Below are positions 1 through 11,499 of a stretch of DNA of 64,000 nt, one piece after another. Both the position numbers and the translations under genes were made by a program. The notes beneath the pieces are model-generated. The model was not told the origin of the DNA. It saw nothing but the letters and a program-made list of their open reading frames with translations, and did no database searches. The stretch spans positions 15,936,001 through 16,000,000 of the forward strand of contig NC_086109.1 of assembly GCF_963921235.1 (NCBI RefSeq), given 5' to 3'. Source of the stretch: Mobula hypostoma. Lineage: Eukaryota. Each line of letters begins with the position of its first letter. Position 1 is the stretch's first letter.

Positions 1-667
1 GGGCTCCAGTCAATTGGCTTTCAGATGCAACACTGGATCAGAGGGCTTTAGATAATAATCATCTGCACCTATTAATGTTTGGGATAAGCCTGTGCTTGTG
101 AGCTCAGAAGGGTTTGGTGAAGCAGTTCCAGCATTTAAATTGTCAATTCCACATCCTTTATCATGCTGCTTCGGACATTGATCTTACTGTTCACAGCTAA
201 AACAAAGCCCATATAAAAACAGCAAGGCAGTGTCATTAATTCTGTGAGAGACCATCACCAGAACATTGATTTGTCACTCTCGCTTTGAGGATGATGTGTG
301 GTTCAGCTGAGTGCATAGTCGATGTCAAATCTGCTGGATGCCAGCGTCAGGCAGCTGGCTGCTTTCTTCTTTCTTTCTTTCATGGATAATTCTCACGGCG
401 GCAAGATCCTGAGACATTGATTATTTCACACGGTAGTTCATTGGCAAATGTCCATCCCTCATCCGGAAGGCACATCTAGACGCTGGACAGACTCTAAAGG
501 GAAGCACTGGTTAAGAAACGTGTCTTATTTGGAACTCACAGAAGGATATCATCCCCAAAGGCAAAGACAGACTCTGACTTTTTTTCTTGGAATTGGAATT
601 CGTTTATTATTGTCACATATACCAAGCGACAGTAAAAACCTTGTCTTGTAAATTGTTCATATCACAT

Positions 668-1137
668 TGAGGTCCTACAAAAGGTAGTGGAGTCAGCCCA
701 GTGCATCATGGGTAAAGCCTCCCCAACCACTGAGCACATCTACATGAAACGTTGCTGTAGAAAAGCAGCATCCATCATCAAACATCCTCACCACCCAGGC
801 CATGCTCTTTTTTCATTGCTGCCATCAGGTAGAAGGTACAAGAGCCTAAGGACTCGCACCACCAGGTTCAAGAACAGTTACTACCCCTCAGCCATCAAGC
901 TCTTGAACAAAAGAGGATAACCACACTCACCTGCCCATCTATTGTGATGTTCCCACAACCAGTGAACTCACTTAATAAGGATTTTCTCTCTTGTTATTTT
1001 ATGTTCTTGTTATTAACTACTATATATTTATATTTGCACTTGTAGTTTGTTGTCTTCTCACTGCCTGAGCTTTAATTGAATCTTGTTATAGTTACCATTC
1101 TATAGATTTGCTAAATACACCCACAGGAAAAAGAATA
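668..1137 (+). mobile_element. Rex1/Babar-clade LINE 3' fragment
   Basis: ORF 687-920 gives the typical Rex1 C-terminus (HPGHALFSLLPSGRRYKSLRTRTTRFKNSYYPSAIKLLN), followed by an AT-rich 3' UTR. The tail continues at 1334-1357 and 1835-1868 after two insertions. Confidence 0.8.
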
Positions 1138-1151
1138 TCAGGGGTGTATGT

Positions 1152-1337
1152 CTGAGCAACACATGAACACAAAATGCTGGAGGAACTCAGCAGGCCAGGC
1201 AGCATCTATGGAAAAAAAATACAGTCGACGTTTCGGGCCGAGCCGAAGGATTTCAGCCCAAAACGGCGACTGTATTTTTTTCCATAGATGCTGCCTGGCC
1301 TGCTGAGTTCCTCTAGCATTTTGTGTGTGTTGCTCAG
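1152..1337. mobile_element. Fold-back (palindromic) Penelope-like terminal repeat
   Basis: Arms ctgagcaacac..atgctggaggaactcagcaggccaggcagcatctatgg..cagtcgacgtttcggg and its reverse complement. Imperfect flanking duplication tcaggggtgtatgt / tcagggttgtaggt. Confidence 0.75.
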
Positions 1338-1357
1338 GGTTGTAGGTGGTGACATTT

Positions 1358-1834
1358 ATAGAAACATAGAAACATAGAAAATAGGTGCAGGAGTAGGCCA
1401 TTCGGCCCTTCGAGCCTGCACCGCCATTTATTATGATCATGGCTGATCATCCAACTCAGAACCCTGTCCCAGCCTTCCCCCCATACCCCCTGACCCCTGT
1501 AGCCACAAGGGCCATATCTAACTCCCTCTTAAACATAGCCAATGAACTGGCCTCAACAGTTTCCTGTGGCAGAGAATTCCACAGATCCACCACTCTCTGT
1601 GTGAAGAAGTTTTTCCTAATCTCGGTCCTAAAAGGCTTCCCCTCTATCCTCAAACTGTGACCCCTCGTTCTGGACTTCCCCAACATCGGGAACAATCTTC
1701 CTGCATCTAGCCTGTCCAATCCCTTTAGGATCTTATACGTTTCAATCAGATCCCCCCTCAATCTTCTAAATTCCAACGAGTACAAGCCCAATTCATCCAG
1801 TCTTTCTTCATATGAAAGTCCTGCCATCCCAGGA
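1358..1834 (-). mobile_element. Young 5'-truncated CR1 (HER1-like) LINE 3' end
   Basis: Encodes the CR1 ORF2 C-terminus (GLSYEERLDELGLYSLEFRRLRGDLIETYKIL..KTRGH..RKNFFTQRVV). Has a (TTTCTATG)n tail and is nearly identical to 19888-20358. Confidence 0.95.
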
Positions 1835-1984
1835 CTCTGATCATGAGAATTACATTGAACTTTGAATTTTAAGGTAGTACAATGTAAAATAACAACAAAA
1901 TGCAGAATAAAGTGCAACATCTGCAGAGAAAGTGTGGTTCAGGCAGAGGATAAGGTACAAGATCATGCTGGGGCAGTTTGTGAG

Positions 1985-2430
1985 GTCAAGAGTGCTTATT
2001 CTACTGAGGAACTATTCAATGATCTTATTGCAGGGTAGAAGCTGTCCCAGAGCCTGGTGGGGCATGGTTTCAGGCTTTTGTATCTTCTGCCTGATGGAAG
2101 GGTGGAAGAGACACAATATTTGGAGAGGGTGGTCTGCTTCACCAAAGCAGTGAAAAGTGTAGACAGAGTCCATGGAGGGGAGACTGGTTTCAGTGATGTC
2201 CTGAGCTGCATCAGAATCAGATTTATTACCACTGCCGTATGTTGTGAAATTTTTTTCACGACTCTCTGCAGTTTCTGGTCACAGGCAGAACAGTTGCCAT
2301 ACAATGATGTGATGCATACAGATATGCTTTCTGTTGATAGAAATTGGGAGGAGTCAACAGGGACATGCCAGATTTGTTTGTTTTGCAGTGAGAATTCCCA
2401 CCTCTTACCAATGTGCTGGTTGATGTAGTC
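1985..2430 (-). mobile_element. Degenerate Rex1/Babar fragment
   Basis: Minus-strand translation LPSGRRYKSLK..TRLWDSFYPAIR and YGNCSACDQKLQRVV. Confidence 0.65.
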
Positions 2431-2658
2431 ACAGATAGTGAGTGAGTTGGTTAGTCCCAGCTTCTTTTTTAACTTCCCCTACCCTACTCTCTTCCCTTCC
2501 CAGAAATCAGTATGACAACTTCAGCTAAAATCAGGCACCTCAGAGATGGAGAAGATTGGGGTCATATTCATCCATACAGTTCCATATATTGAACAGCAAC
2601 ATGTTGGAAGTATTCACCATCTATGGTGATAAATGTACATTTAACATTACCTGTTGAG

Positions 2659-2928
2659 AAGGTGATGATTTTTTTTTATCTTAAGTGGATAATGCAGGAG
2701 ATCATGAATAAGGTGGGCAGAAGCCCAGAGCGGGATGTCCAATAAAAGGAGGAGGGTTGGCAATGGCAGAAGAGGTTGTTGGTGCGAGGGGGGAGTCCTC
2801 ACCAATGAAGCAAGCTCAGAGAAAGAAGCAACAGAAGCAAAAGGTGATGATCTTTTATCTTAAGTGGATAATGCAGGAGATCATGAACAAGGCGGACAGA
2901 AGCCCAGAGCGGGATGTCCAATAAAAGG
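2659..2928. repeat. ~90-bp direct repeat (2659-2749 and 2841-2928)
   Basis: aaggtgatgat..tatcttaagtggataatgcaggagatcatgaa..agaagcccagagcgggatgtccaataaaagg occurs twice with few differences. Confidence 0.9.
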
Positions 2929-3017
2929 TCACCCCGCTCTGTGGGCTGTTGTGGTGGGTGTAGATCTCACTTCTTTCTAGACATTAGACCTAACCAGTTT
3001 CCCTCCTTTGTCTAGCC

Positions 3018-3097
3018 CAGGGTTTTCCACCTGGGGTCCACAGATCCCTTGGTTGATAGTAGGGGTCCATGGCATAAAAAAAGGTTGGGAACCCCTG
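3018..3097. mobile_element. 80-bp hAT/Charlie-type MITE
   Basis: Ends caggg..ccctg with subterminal aaaggttgggaacccctg. 8-bp TSD gtctagcc (3010-3017) / gtctagca (3098-3105) resembles the Charlie nTCTAGAn target. Confidence 0.8.
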
Positions 3098-3104
3098 GTC
3101 TAGC

Positions 3105-3400
3105 AGAAGAGCTCCTCACACTCAACAATTTTTCTTTCAGCTCCTCCCATTTTCATGAAGCCCAAGTTGTTGCCATGGGCACATGCCTGCCTTTCCGTTG
3201 GCTGTGTGAAACAGTCCATATTCAAACCCCTCACAGGTAATGCTACCCAGCTCTTTCTGCACTACATCAATGACTGCATAGGTGCTGCTTCATGCACGCC
3301 AATTTCGTCAACTTTGCCTCTAACTTCCACCCTGCCACCAAATGCACTTGGTCCATTTTTGGTACCTCTCTCCACAGTCCCTCTTCTCCATCCTAAAAAT
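3105..3400 (+). mobile_element. Penelope-like RT fragment (degenerate)
   Basis: Translations LTLNNFSF, VAMGT and PQLFLHYINDC resemble Penelope RT motifs (G.AMG, RYIDD). Confidence 0.65.
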
Positions 3401-4127
3401 TAGTTGTCTAAATAAATATCTGATTGAGATTTTAAAATTGAGGTAAGATATTGGAGATCTTAATGATCACTGCTAAGAAGAAATTCCTCTGGCCAGTTAT
3501 TTTTAATCTGTGGCTGATTGTTACTGACTTGCTTGCCGAAGGAAACGACAATGTGTTAGAAACAATCAAGTACCATGTCATTTTCAAAACCTCTGTTTTA
3601 TTTCCCTAAACCTTTTTTGTTGAGGGAAATAACCATACTACTCTATCTAATATTCCTCATATCTGACATTGGCTTTGTAATCCACCTCTTCACCCTGCCT
3701 AACCCTTCCTAAAATAAGGCATCCAGGACATCACGTAAGATCTTACCATTAATCACTAAATATTCTGCATGATTTTCATGCTGACAAGAGATTCCCCCCA
3801 CCTTCACATATCGGCTTCTGTCCCCTTCCTTTCCAGTCCTGAGGATGGGTCCAAGCACAAAACATCAACTGTTTATCCCCTTCCACAGATGTTCCCTGAC
3901 TTTCTAAGTTCTTCCAGCATTTTGTTTGTGTTGCTCCGGATTACCAGCTTCATTTTGTTTTCAGTTTTCCCTCTGTCTCAATAGCAAATGATTAATTTTT
4001 CCATAAGGCAGAGAATAGAGTTATTAAGGATGAAATCACATAATTGATGAGGAAAGATATAATGAAGTGTAAGTCAGCTGTGATGCAGTATTGATTAAGA
4101 TTAAGAAAAGATGAATATTGGGTACAT

Positions 4128-4487
4128 CATTGTCGTTATGTCTCATGTCATATGATGTGGGTGATCATGGTCAATAACTATGTTTGTTCTCGACAAATTT
4201 TTCTACAGAAGTGGTTTGCCATTGCCTCCTTCCGGGCAGTGTCTTCACATGATGGGTGACCCCATCCATTATCAATGCTCTTCAGAGATTGTCTGCCTAG
4301 GGCCAGTGGTCACATAACCTGGACTTGTGATGTGTACCTGCTGCCATGCAACCATCCATCTCCTGCTCCTCTGGCTTCATGTGACCCTGATCGGGGGACT
4401 AAACAGGTGCTACACCTTGCCCAAGGGTGACCTGCAGGAGTGCCTTACACCTCCTTTGGTGGAGACATAGCTCCGCCCCACCACCCA
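4128..4487 (-). mobile_element. SINE-like retroposon with RTE/BovB-type motif
   Basis: Contains cagaagtggtttgccattgcc (minus strand GGCAATGGCAAACCACTTCTG). A second copy lies at 48187-48570. Confidence 0.6.
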
Positions 4488-4629
4488 ATTGGTTATATAT
4501 TGGTTAATAGTAATTGGTCAGTGTAATTCTATAATATGAGTTGTGCAAAGGCACCTTGTAGCTATTGTAAGTAACAGAATATAACAAGGTAGAATTTAGG
4601 TAAACATATAGTAAAATTAAGGATATCTC

Positions 4630-5845
4630 AATTTTCAGGAGGAACTTTCAACATTCAAATAGGTTGAATCAAAGAGACTGATCTGTGTTTCATAAAAGTG
4701 CATTTCTGGAATGTATACAATATAGTTTTCTGCAACATTACATCCAAAACCAACAAGAGACCAGTTGATATTAGATTTAGTAATGAGCAATAAACCAGAC
4801 TTAGTTAGCAGCCTAATAGCGTGTGAAAGTTTATCCAATAAGGATCATGATATAATTGAGTTTAAGAGAGAAACAGTCAAAGCACTTATTGAGTTCTAGA
4901 TTAGGGAAAGTCTGACTTTCGTGCACTGAGATAGAGATTGACCAATAGTAAGCTTCAATTCCATTCAACAAAAGAAATTATTGAAACAAGTTTATACTTC
5001 TGACAAACAAGAATTCTCCTCGCCTAAATAATAGTCATTAATGCTTAAGGGGAAAAAGGTCCATAAAAATAAAACAGAAAGCATACACAAAGATGAAAAT
5101 TCTGGCATCTGAGAATGTTAAAGTGAAAAGCAGTGACAAAACAGAACTTAAAATTGGAACATGCATAGCAACCTGCAAGGAATGTCAAAGCAACACCAAC
5201 ATTACTTCAGTTAATTTAAGAAAATGGTGGTAAGAAACCAAGCAAGCTCCTTAAAAATGACATAGTGATTGAAATTTTAAAAAACGACAGACACATTAAA
5301 AGCTGGATTTTATTTCAGGTTTCCTGTATCTGTAGTTCTTGACTGATTTTCAGACACACGGAGTAAATGCTTTGTGTCTGTACCTCCAGTAGAGAAAGAG
5401 GACATCCAAGGAAAACCAAAACTGAATTAGAACAGTGACTCAACCAGATTAATGTGAGTAAACTAACAGGGAAAAAGAAATTAATGGCACAACAAAGTGA
5501 TAAATCCACATGAAATGATTTTCAACCAAATACTCTAAAGTAAATAGCTAAGAGCATTGCAGGTGCCCTAACTTTAAGTTTATCTTAATTCCATACTTGT
5601 TCCATTAGATTGGAAAATTTTGCATGCCATCTCATGATATAGGGGAAGTGAGAGAGGGAAACCAAAAAATTAAAAACCACTTAACCAAACATCTGTTGTA
5701 TAGAAATTACTTGAGTCTGTAATTAATGAAAAGGGTGACTGAACACCTAGAAATATTTAGCTTTTTGGGGGAGAGGCAACAAGGATTGGCAAAAAGTAGG
5801 TCCTGCTTGAACTACTGATGGCATTTTTTGAGGAAATGACTAATT
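4630..5845 (+). mobile_element. Ancient, highly decayed CR1 ORF2 fragments
   Basis: Residual endonuclease motifs (FLECIQ.SFLQ, ILDLVMSN) and RT-upstream motifs (DWK.., ..P..LTSV..KLLES, RSCL). Confidence 0.5.
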
Positions 5846-6344
5846 GGTAACGTAGATTCCTGCAAATCTGCTCACTGGTCCACTGGGGAGACTGGCAGTG
5901 AGGAGTTGCATTGCCCCAGACGTTGCAAGGACTGGGCCCTCAGGCCACGGGGTTGCCTGTCACAGCTGCCCAGGAAAGGAGACGCTGAGGCAGTGTGGGA
6001 GAGAGTAGAGGCCTCTGTGGGAGCTGTGGACGCTGCCTTTTGAAGCGTTGTTCCTTGAAGATGTCCCAGATGCTATGGAGGCTAGTGCCCTTGATGGGGC
6101 TGACTGAGTTCACAACTTTCTGCAGCTTCTTTCAATCCTGTGCGGTTACCACCCCCCCCCCACCTCCCTCATACCAGACAGTGATGCACCCAGTCAGAAT
6201 GCTTTTGACGGTGCATCTACGAAAATTTGCGAGTGTCTTTGGTGACATACAAAATCTCCTCAAACTCCTAATGAAATATAGCTGTGTCATGCCATCTTTG
6301 TAACTGCATCGATCTGCTGGGCCTAGGATAGATCCTCAGAGATG

Positions 6345-7808
6345 TTTATTTATTTATTAATTGAGCTGCAGTGTGGAATAGGCCCCTACAGACCTTTGAG
6401 CCACGCTGCCCAGCAATCCCCTGATTTAATCCTAGCCTAATCATGGGACACTCTTACAGTGCTCCCCAACCACCGGGCCGCAAAGCATGTGCTACTGGGC
6501 CACGAAAAACCTTTCCTCATTCCCTGTCACGCCCACTGTTGAGCCGTTACGTATGCGATGTCTTTACCCGTGCATCATCCATGTCAGCGCGGGAAGGAGA
6601 TCAACTCCTTGAGCTTGCAAATGATGGCGGGCTGAAAAGTATGTTTGACATAACATCTCTGCGGCATTCTGGATCAAAGTCAAGGCTGAATATCCTGAGA
6701 CAGACACGAAAGCACTGAAAACGTTGCTTCCATTTCCAACATACTTCTGCAATGAATGCAACGAAAACTAAACTGCGGAATAGACTGGACATATGGAATC
6801 CCCTTCGAGTATCACTGTCTCCCATTACCCCTCGATAGGACCGTGTTGTTGCAGGAAAAGAAGCCCAGGGCTCCCACTGATTCAACGATATTGGTGTGTT
6901 GCAATGATTTTATATGTTCATACGAGGAAAATATGTGCTGTGTGTTTAATATCCAAACGTTACTTAAAATGTTATGATGCTATTGGCTTATAAGTGACTT
7001 ATATAACCATATAACAATTACAGCATGGAAACAGGCGATCTTTGCCCTTGTAGTCCGTGCTGGACGCTACACTCACCTAGTCCCACCGACCTGCTCTCAG
7101 CCCATAACCGTCCATTCCTTTCCTGTCTAATACCTATCCAATTTTTCTTTAAATGATAATATCAAACCTGCCTCTACCACTTCTACTGGAAGTTCATTCA
7201 ACACTTACTTCAAGCTCCCCTGTCCTCCCCTGATAATTGACTTATCACTATATTCGTGCGAGGAAAATATGTGCTGTGTGTTTACTATTAAATTCGGTAG
7301 ATAAACTCTTTTAGAAACGAACTTGAGTGTATTAGCCACTTATCACCTATATTCCAGTCATGATTAACACCCCCCCACCCCGAGCAGAATCCCCAAAAGC
7401 CATGTGCAGAAAAAAAATCGGCAGGAACATGCATGCGCACACAGGTGCCCGTGCAAGGCTTCATGGTCATTGTAGTCTTTCTCAGGGTAAACACAACGTA
7501 TTTGACTGCTACTCTTGTCTGTTGGCAACCCTACCCCAACCCCCCCCACCCGCCCGGGTCGGCCGGTCCGCAAGAATATCGTCAATATTAAACCGGTCTG
7601 TAGTGCAAAAAAGGTTGGGAAGCCCTGCTCTACAATGACCAACTAATCTACTAATGGTACCTCTTTGGACTGTGGGAGGAAACTGGAGCATGTGGAGGAA
7701 TCCCACAATGTCAGAGGGAGAATGTACAAACTCCTTACAGCAGGAGCAGGAGCTGAACCCAGGTCGCTTGTACCGTAAAGCGTTGTGCTAACCACTGCGT
7801 TACCGTGC
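6345..7808 (-). mobile_element. tRNA-derived V-SINE/HE1-like SINE, split by a hAT element at 6457-7627
   Basis: Minus-strand head gcacggtaacgcagtggttagc..gggttcagctcc has A/B-box-like motifs, followed by a V-domain-like core and a (TAAA)n tail. A second copy lies at 53537-53823. Confidence 0.75.
6457..7627 (+). mobile_element. Internally deleted hAT/Charlie (Buster-group) DNA transposon
   Basis: TIRs cagtgctccccaacc / ggttgggaagccctg. 6575-6880 encodes a frameshifted transposase C-terminus (QLLELANDGGLKSMF..FWIKVKAEYPE..KALKTLLPFPT..KLRNRLDI..LRVSLSPITPR..AGKEAQGSH*). Confidence 0.85.
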
Positions 7809-9800
7809 AAGAACCCAGATGTCGAACACAATACTATTTGTCTTCTGCCTAGCAAACACTGGCATATGTTGCGAAATTTGTTGTTCTGTGGCAGCAGTAC
7901 AGTGCAATACGTAATAAAAAAAGAAAAACTATAGTTGCAATGATAAATATATATTAAATAAATTAAATAAGTAGTGCAAAAAGAAAGAGAAAAAGAAAAA
8001 AAATGCAGTAGTGCACGTGGATTCATTGGCCATTAGAAATCTGATGGCAGAGGAGAAGAAATTGTTCCTGAAACATTGACTGTATGCCTCCAACCAGGCA
8101 TTGTTAATTATCAGAATCAGATTTATTACCACTGATATATGGTGTGAAATTTACTATTTTGCAGCAGTAATGTAGTACAAAGAGCTGTATAAATTATGGA
8201 TAAATGGTGCAAAAATAAATGAACAAGGACGTGGTGTTCATGGGTTCGAAAACCATTTAGCAATTTTATAGCAGAGGAAATGAAGTTAAGGTGAAACAAT
8301 AACAATACAGAATTAAGTGTAAAAGCTACCGAAAAAATACAGAGTGCAGGTAAGTGGCAAAGTGCAAGATCATAACAAGGTAAGTACTATGGATGAAGAC
8401 CCTTTGACCCACCTTAAGGCTGTGAGAAGCTGGAGCATTCGGCCCATCAAGCCTGCTCCACCATTCATCATGGCTGACATTAATCAGTCCCATTTTCCTG
8501 TCTTTTCCCCATAACCTTTGAGGCACAGACTAATCAAGAACCTATCACCCTCTGTTTTAAATGGACTCGATGTTTTGGCCACAATCTGAATTCCACAGAT
8601 TTCTACCCTCTGGCTAGAGAAATTCCTCCTCAACTCTGTTCTAAATGGACGTCCCTCTATTCTAAAGCTATGCCCTCTGGTTCTAGACTCACATAGAATA
8701 GGAAACACCCTCCCCACAACCATACTATCCAGACCTTGCAGCATTCAATAGGTTTCAATGCGATCCCCCTGACTCTTCTAAACTCCAGTGAGTACAGGCC
8801 CAGAGCCATCAAACAGCCCTCATATGTTAACCCTTTCATTCCCTGAATCATTCTCATGAACCTTCTCTGGACTATCTTCAATGCCAGCACATCTTTTCTT
8901 AGATAATGGGCCAAAAGTGTTCACAATACTCCAAGTGAGGTTTAACCAATAACTTATAAACCCTCAATGTTATAGCCTTGTTTCTGTATTCCTGTCATCT
9001 TGAAATGAATACCAAACATTGCATTTGCCTTCCTTACCACCAACTCAACCTGCAAGTTAACCTTTAGGGAATCCTGCATGAGGTCTCCCAAGTCCCTTTG
9101 CACCTCTGATTTTTGCATTTTCTCCATTTAGAAAATAGTCTATGCCTTTATTCTTTCTACCAAAGTATATGACCATTCACTTCCTTACACTGTATTCCAT
9201 TTGCCACTTCTTTACCATTCTCCCAATCTGTCTAAGTCCTTCTGCAGACTCCCTGCTTCCTCAACACTACCTGCCCCTCTTCCTATCATTGTATTATCTG
9301 TAAACCTGGTCACAAAGCCATCAATTCTGTCATCCAAATCGTTGACCTATAGCAGGAAAAGAAATGGTCCCAACACCAACCCCTGCAGGACACCGCTAGT
9401 CACTGGCAGCTAACCAGAAAAGATCCACTTTATTCCCATTCTTTACCTGCTGCCAATCAGCCAATCTTCTATCCATGCCATTATCTCTCCTGTAATTCCA
9501 TGGGCTTTTAACTTGTTAAGTAGCCTCATGTGCAGCACCTTGTCAAAGGCCTTCTGAAAATCCAAGTACACAACATCCACTGACTCTTCTTTGTTTATAT
9601 TGCCTGTCGTTTCCTCAAAGAATTTCAACAGATTTGTCAGACAAGATTTTCCCTTAAGGAAACTATACTGACTCTGGCCTATTTTATCATGTTCCTCCAA
9701 GTATCCCAAACCCTCATCCTTAATAATGGACTCCAGCATCTTTCCAACTATTGAAATCCAGCTAACTGGCCAACAATTTTCCTTCTTCTGCCTGTCTCCC

Positions 9801-10097
9801 TTTCTTTTTTTAAATTTTATTTTTATTTGGATAAGGAATTCACAATTATCATGTACTTTTTTCACACATATAACCTTTTCCATTTTTTTATATGTATAAA
9901 ACTACAATTATTTATACATTCTTAAGTACACATTGAGATGATATAAAAGGAAAATAAACATTTAAATAGATAATTATGTACTGTGGTAAATCTAACCTAT
10001 TAGGCTAAGTAATGAAATTCGTTGTTAAGAAAAATGGTAATAATAGTTTCCATACAACCCTTCTGGACCATTTCCACTGGTCCAAAATGTTGCATAC
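9801..10097 (-). mobile_element. Short 5'-truncated L1-like 3' end
   Basis: Interrupts the CR1 between EDW and the GRQKK-like motif. Ends AATAAAAATAAAATTTAAAAAAAGAAA, like the other L1 tails in this window. Confidence 0.55.
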
Positions 10098-10601
10098 CAG
10101 TCCTCCAGAATCATTCCGCATTCTAGTGATTCTTGAATGATGATTAGTAATACCTCCACAATCTCTTCAGCTATCTCTTTCAAAATCCTGGGATGTAGTT
10201 CATCTGGTCTAGGTAACTTCAGACCTTTCAGCTTCTCAAGCACCTTCTCCTTCATAATAGAAAAATACTTGTTAAGTATGTCCACTATTTCTTCATTCCC
10301 CCATTACTTCCTCTGCAGTGTAATTTTCCAGCACTCTTCCCAATCCTCTAACTTCCCATTATTTTTTTGCTATATTATATGCCTTCTCTTTTCATTTTAT
10401 GGCCCTTGACAGTCATGGTTGCCTCATTCTCCATTTAGAATGCTTCTTCATCTGTGGGATGTATTTATTATGCACCTTCTGAATTACTCCCAGAAACTCC
10501 AGCCATTGCTGTTCTACTGTCATTGCTGCTAGAATCCCCTTCCAATTACCTTTGGCCAGCTCCTTTCTCATGTCTCTGTAATTTCCTTTTCTCTACTTTA
10601 T

Positions 10602-11095
10602 TGTCAGTGTGCTGGAGCAGGGATCCAATCGCAGACCCAGTACTGTGCACACAGTGATATTAATTGAGTAACAAATCCCAAGGTGCAAACAAAGTCAGTG
10701 TCAAAGTTCAGGCAGAGATCAAAATATTCAGAGAAATCCAAAAACCAGAATCGGGAAACAGGCAGAGTTGATATTCAGACAGACAGGGTACAGATACAAA
10801 TGCTGGAAAGGCTCAGGAAAATTCACTGGCACAATCTGGCAACAAACAGGTGAAAACACAGGACTGAAATACACTAAGCAATAAACAGAGAGGCAGATGA
10901 TAGGTGGAGCATAATGACACACAGGTGGCAGCAATACAGGTAATATTGAGAAGGAGATGAGAGACGGAGTACTCAGTAATACAGGGACCGGAGTAGAGCA
11001 GGAGTGTGGACAGGAGCACCTGGCAATACAAAACCACAGACTGACAGCTAGGGCGAAACACACAAAAAGACAAAGTTCAACTGGAGGTACTGACA
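10602..11095 (-). mobile_element. Solo LTR (494 bp, probably Gypsy)
   Basis: Perfect 7-bp terminal inverted repeats tgtcagt..actgaca. 5-bp TSD tttat (10597-10601 and 11096-11100). Orientation is inferred from composition. Confidence 0.85.
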
Positions 11096-11499
11096 TTTAT
11101 TAATGATTCATCTGACTTGATCTCCTTCTCAAACTGCAGGGTGAATTCTGTCATATTATGATCACAGCCTCTTAATGGTTCCTTTTTCTTAGGCTTCAAA
11201 ATCAGAACTGTTTCATTACATAACACCCAATCCAGAATTGCCTTTCTTCTAGTGTGCTCTAAAAAGTAATCTCATAGGCATTCAGATATTCCCTCTCTTG
11301 GGATCCAGCACCAACCTGATTTTCCCGATCTACTTGCATATTGAAATCCCCCATGACTATCATAACATTGCTCTTTATACATGCCTTTTCTATCCACCAT
11401 TGTAATCCGTATCTCACATCCTGGCTACTATTTGGAGGCCTGCATATTACTCCCATCAGAATCTTTTTACTTACAGTTTCTTATCTCTGCCCACAAGGA

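Noticed and set aside
7740..7808. tRNA-like sequence
   Set aside because: It is a SINE head continuous with the SINE body, with no complete cloverleaf.
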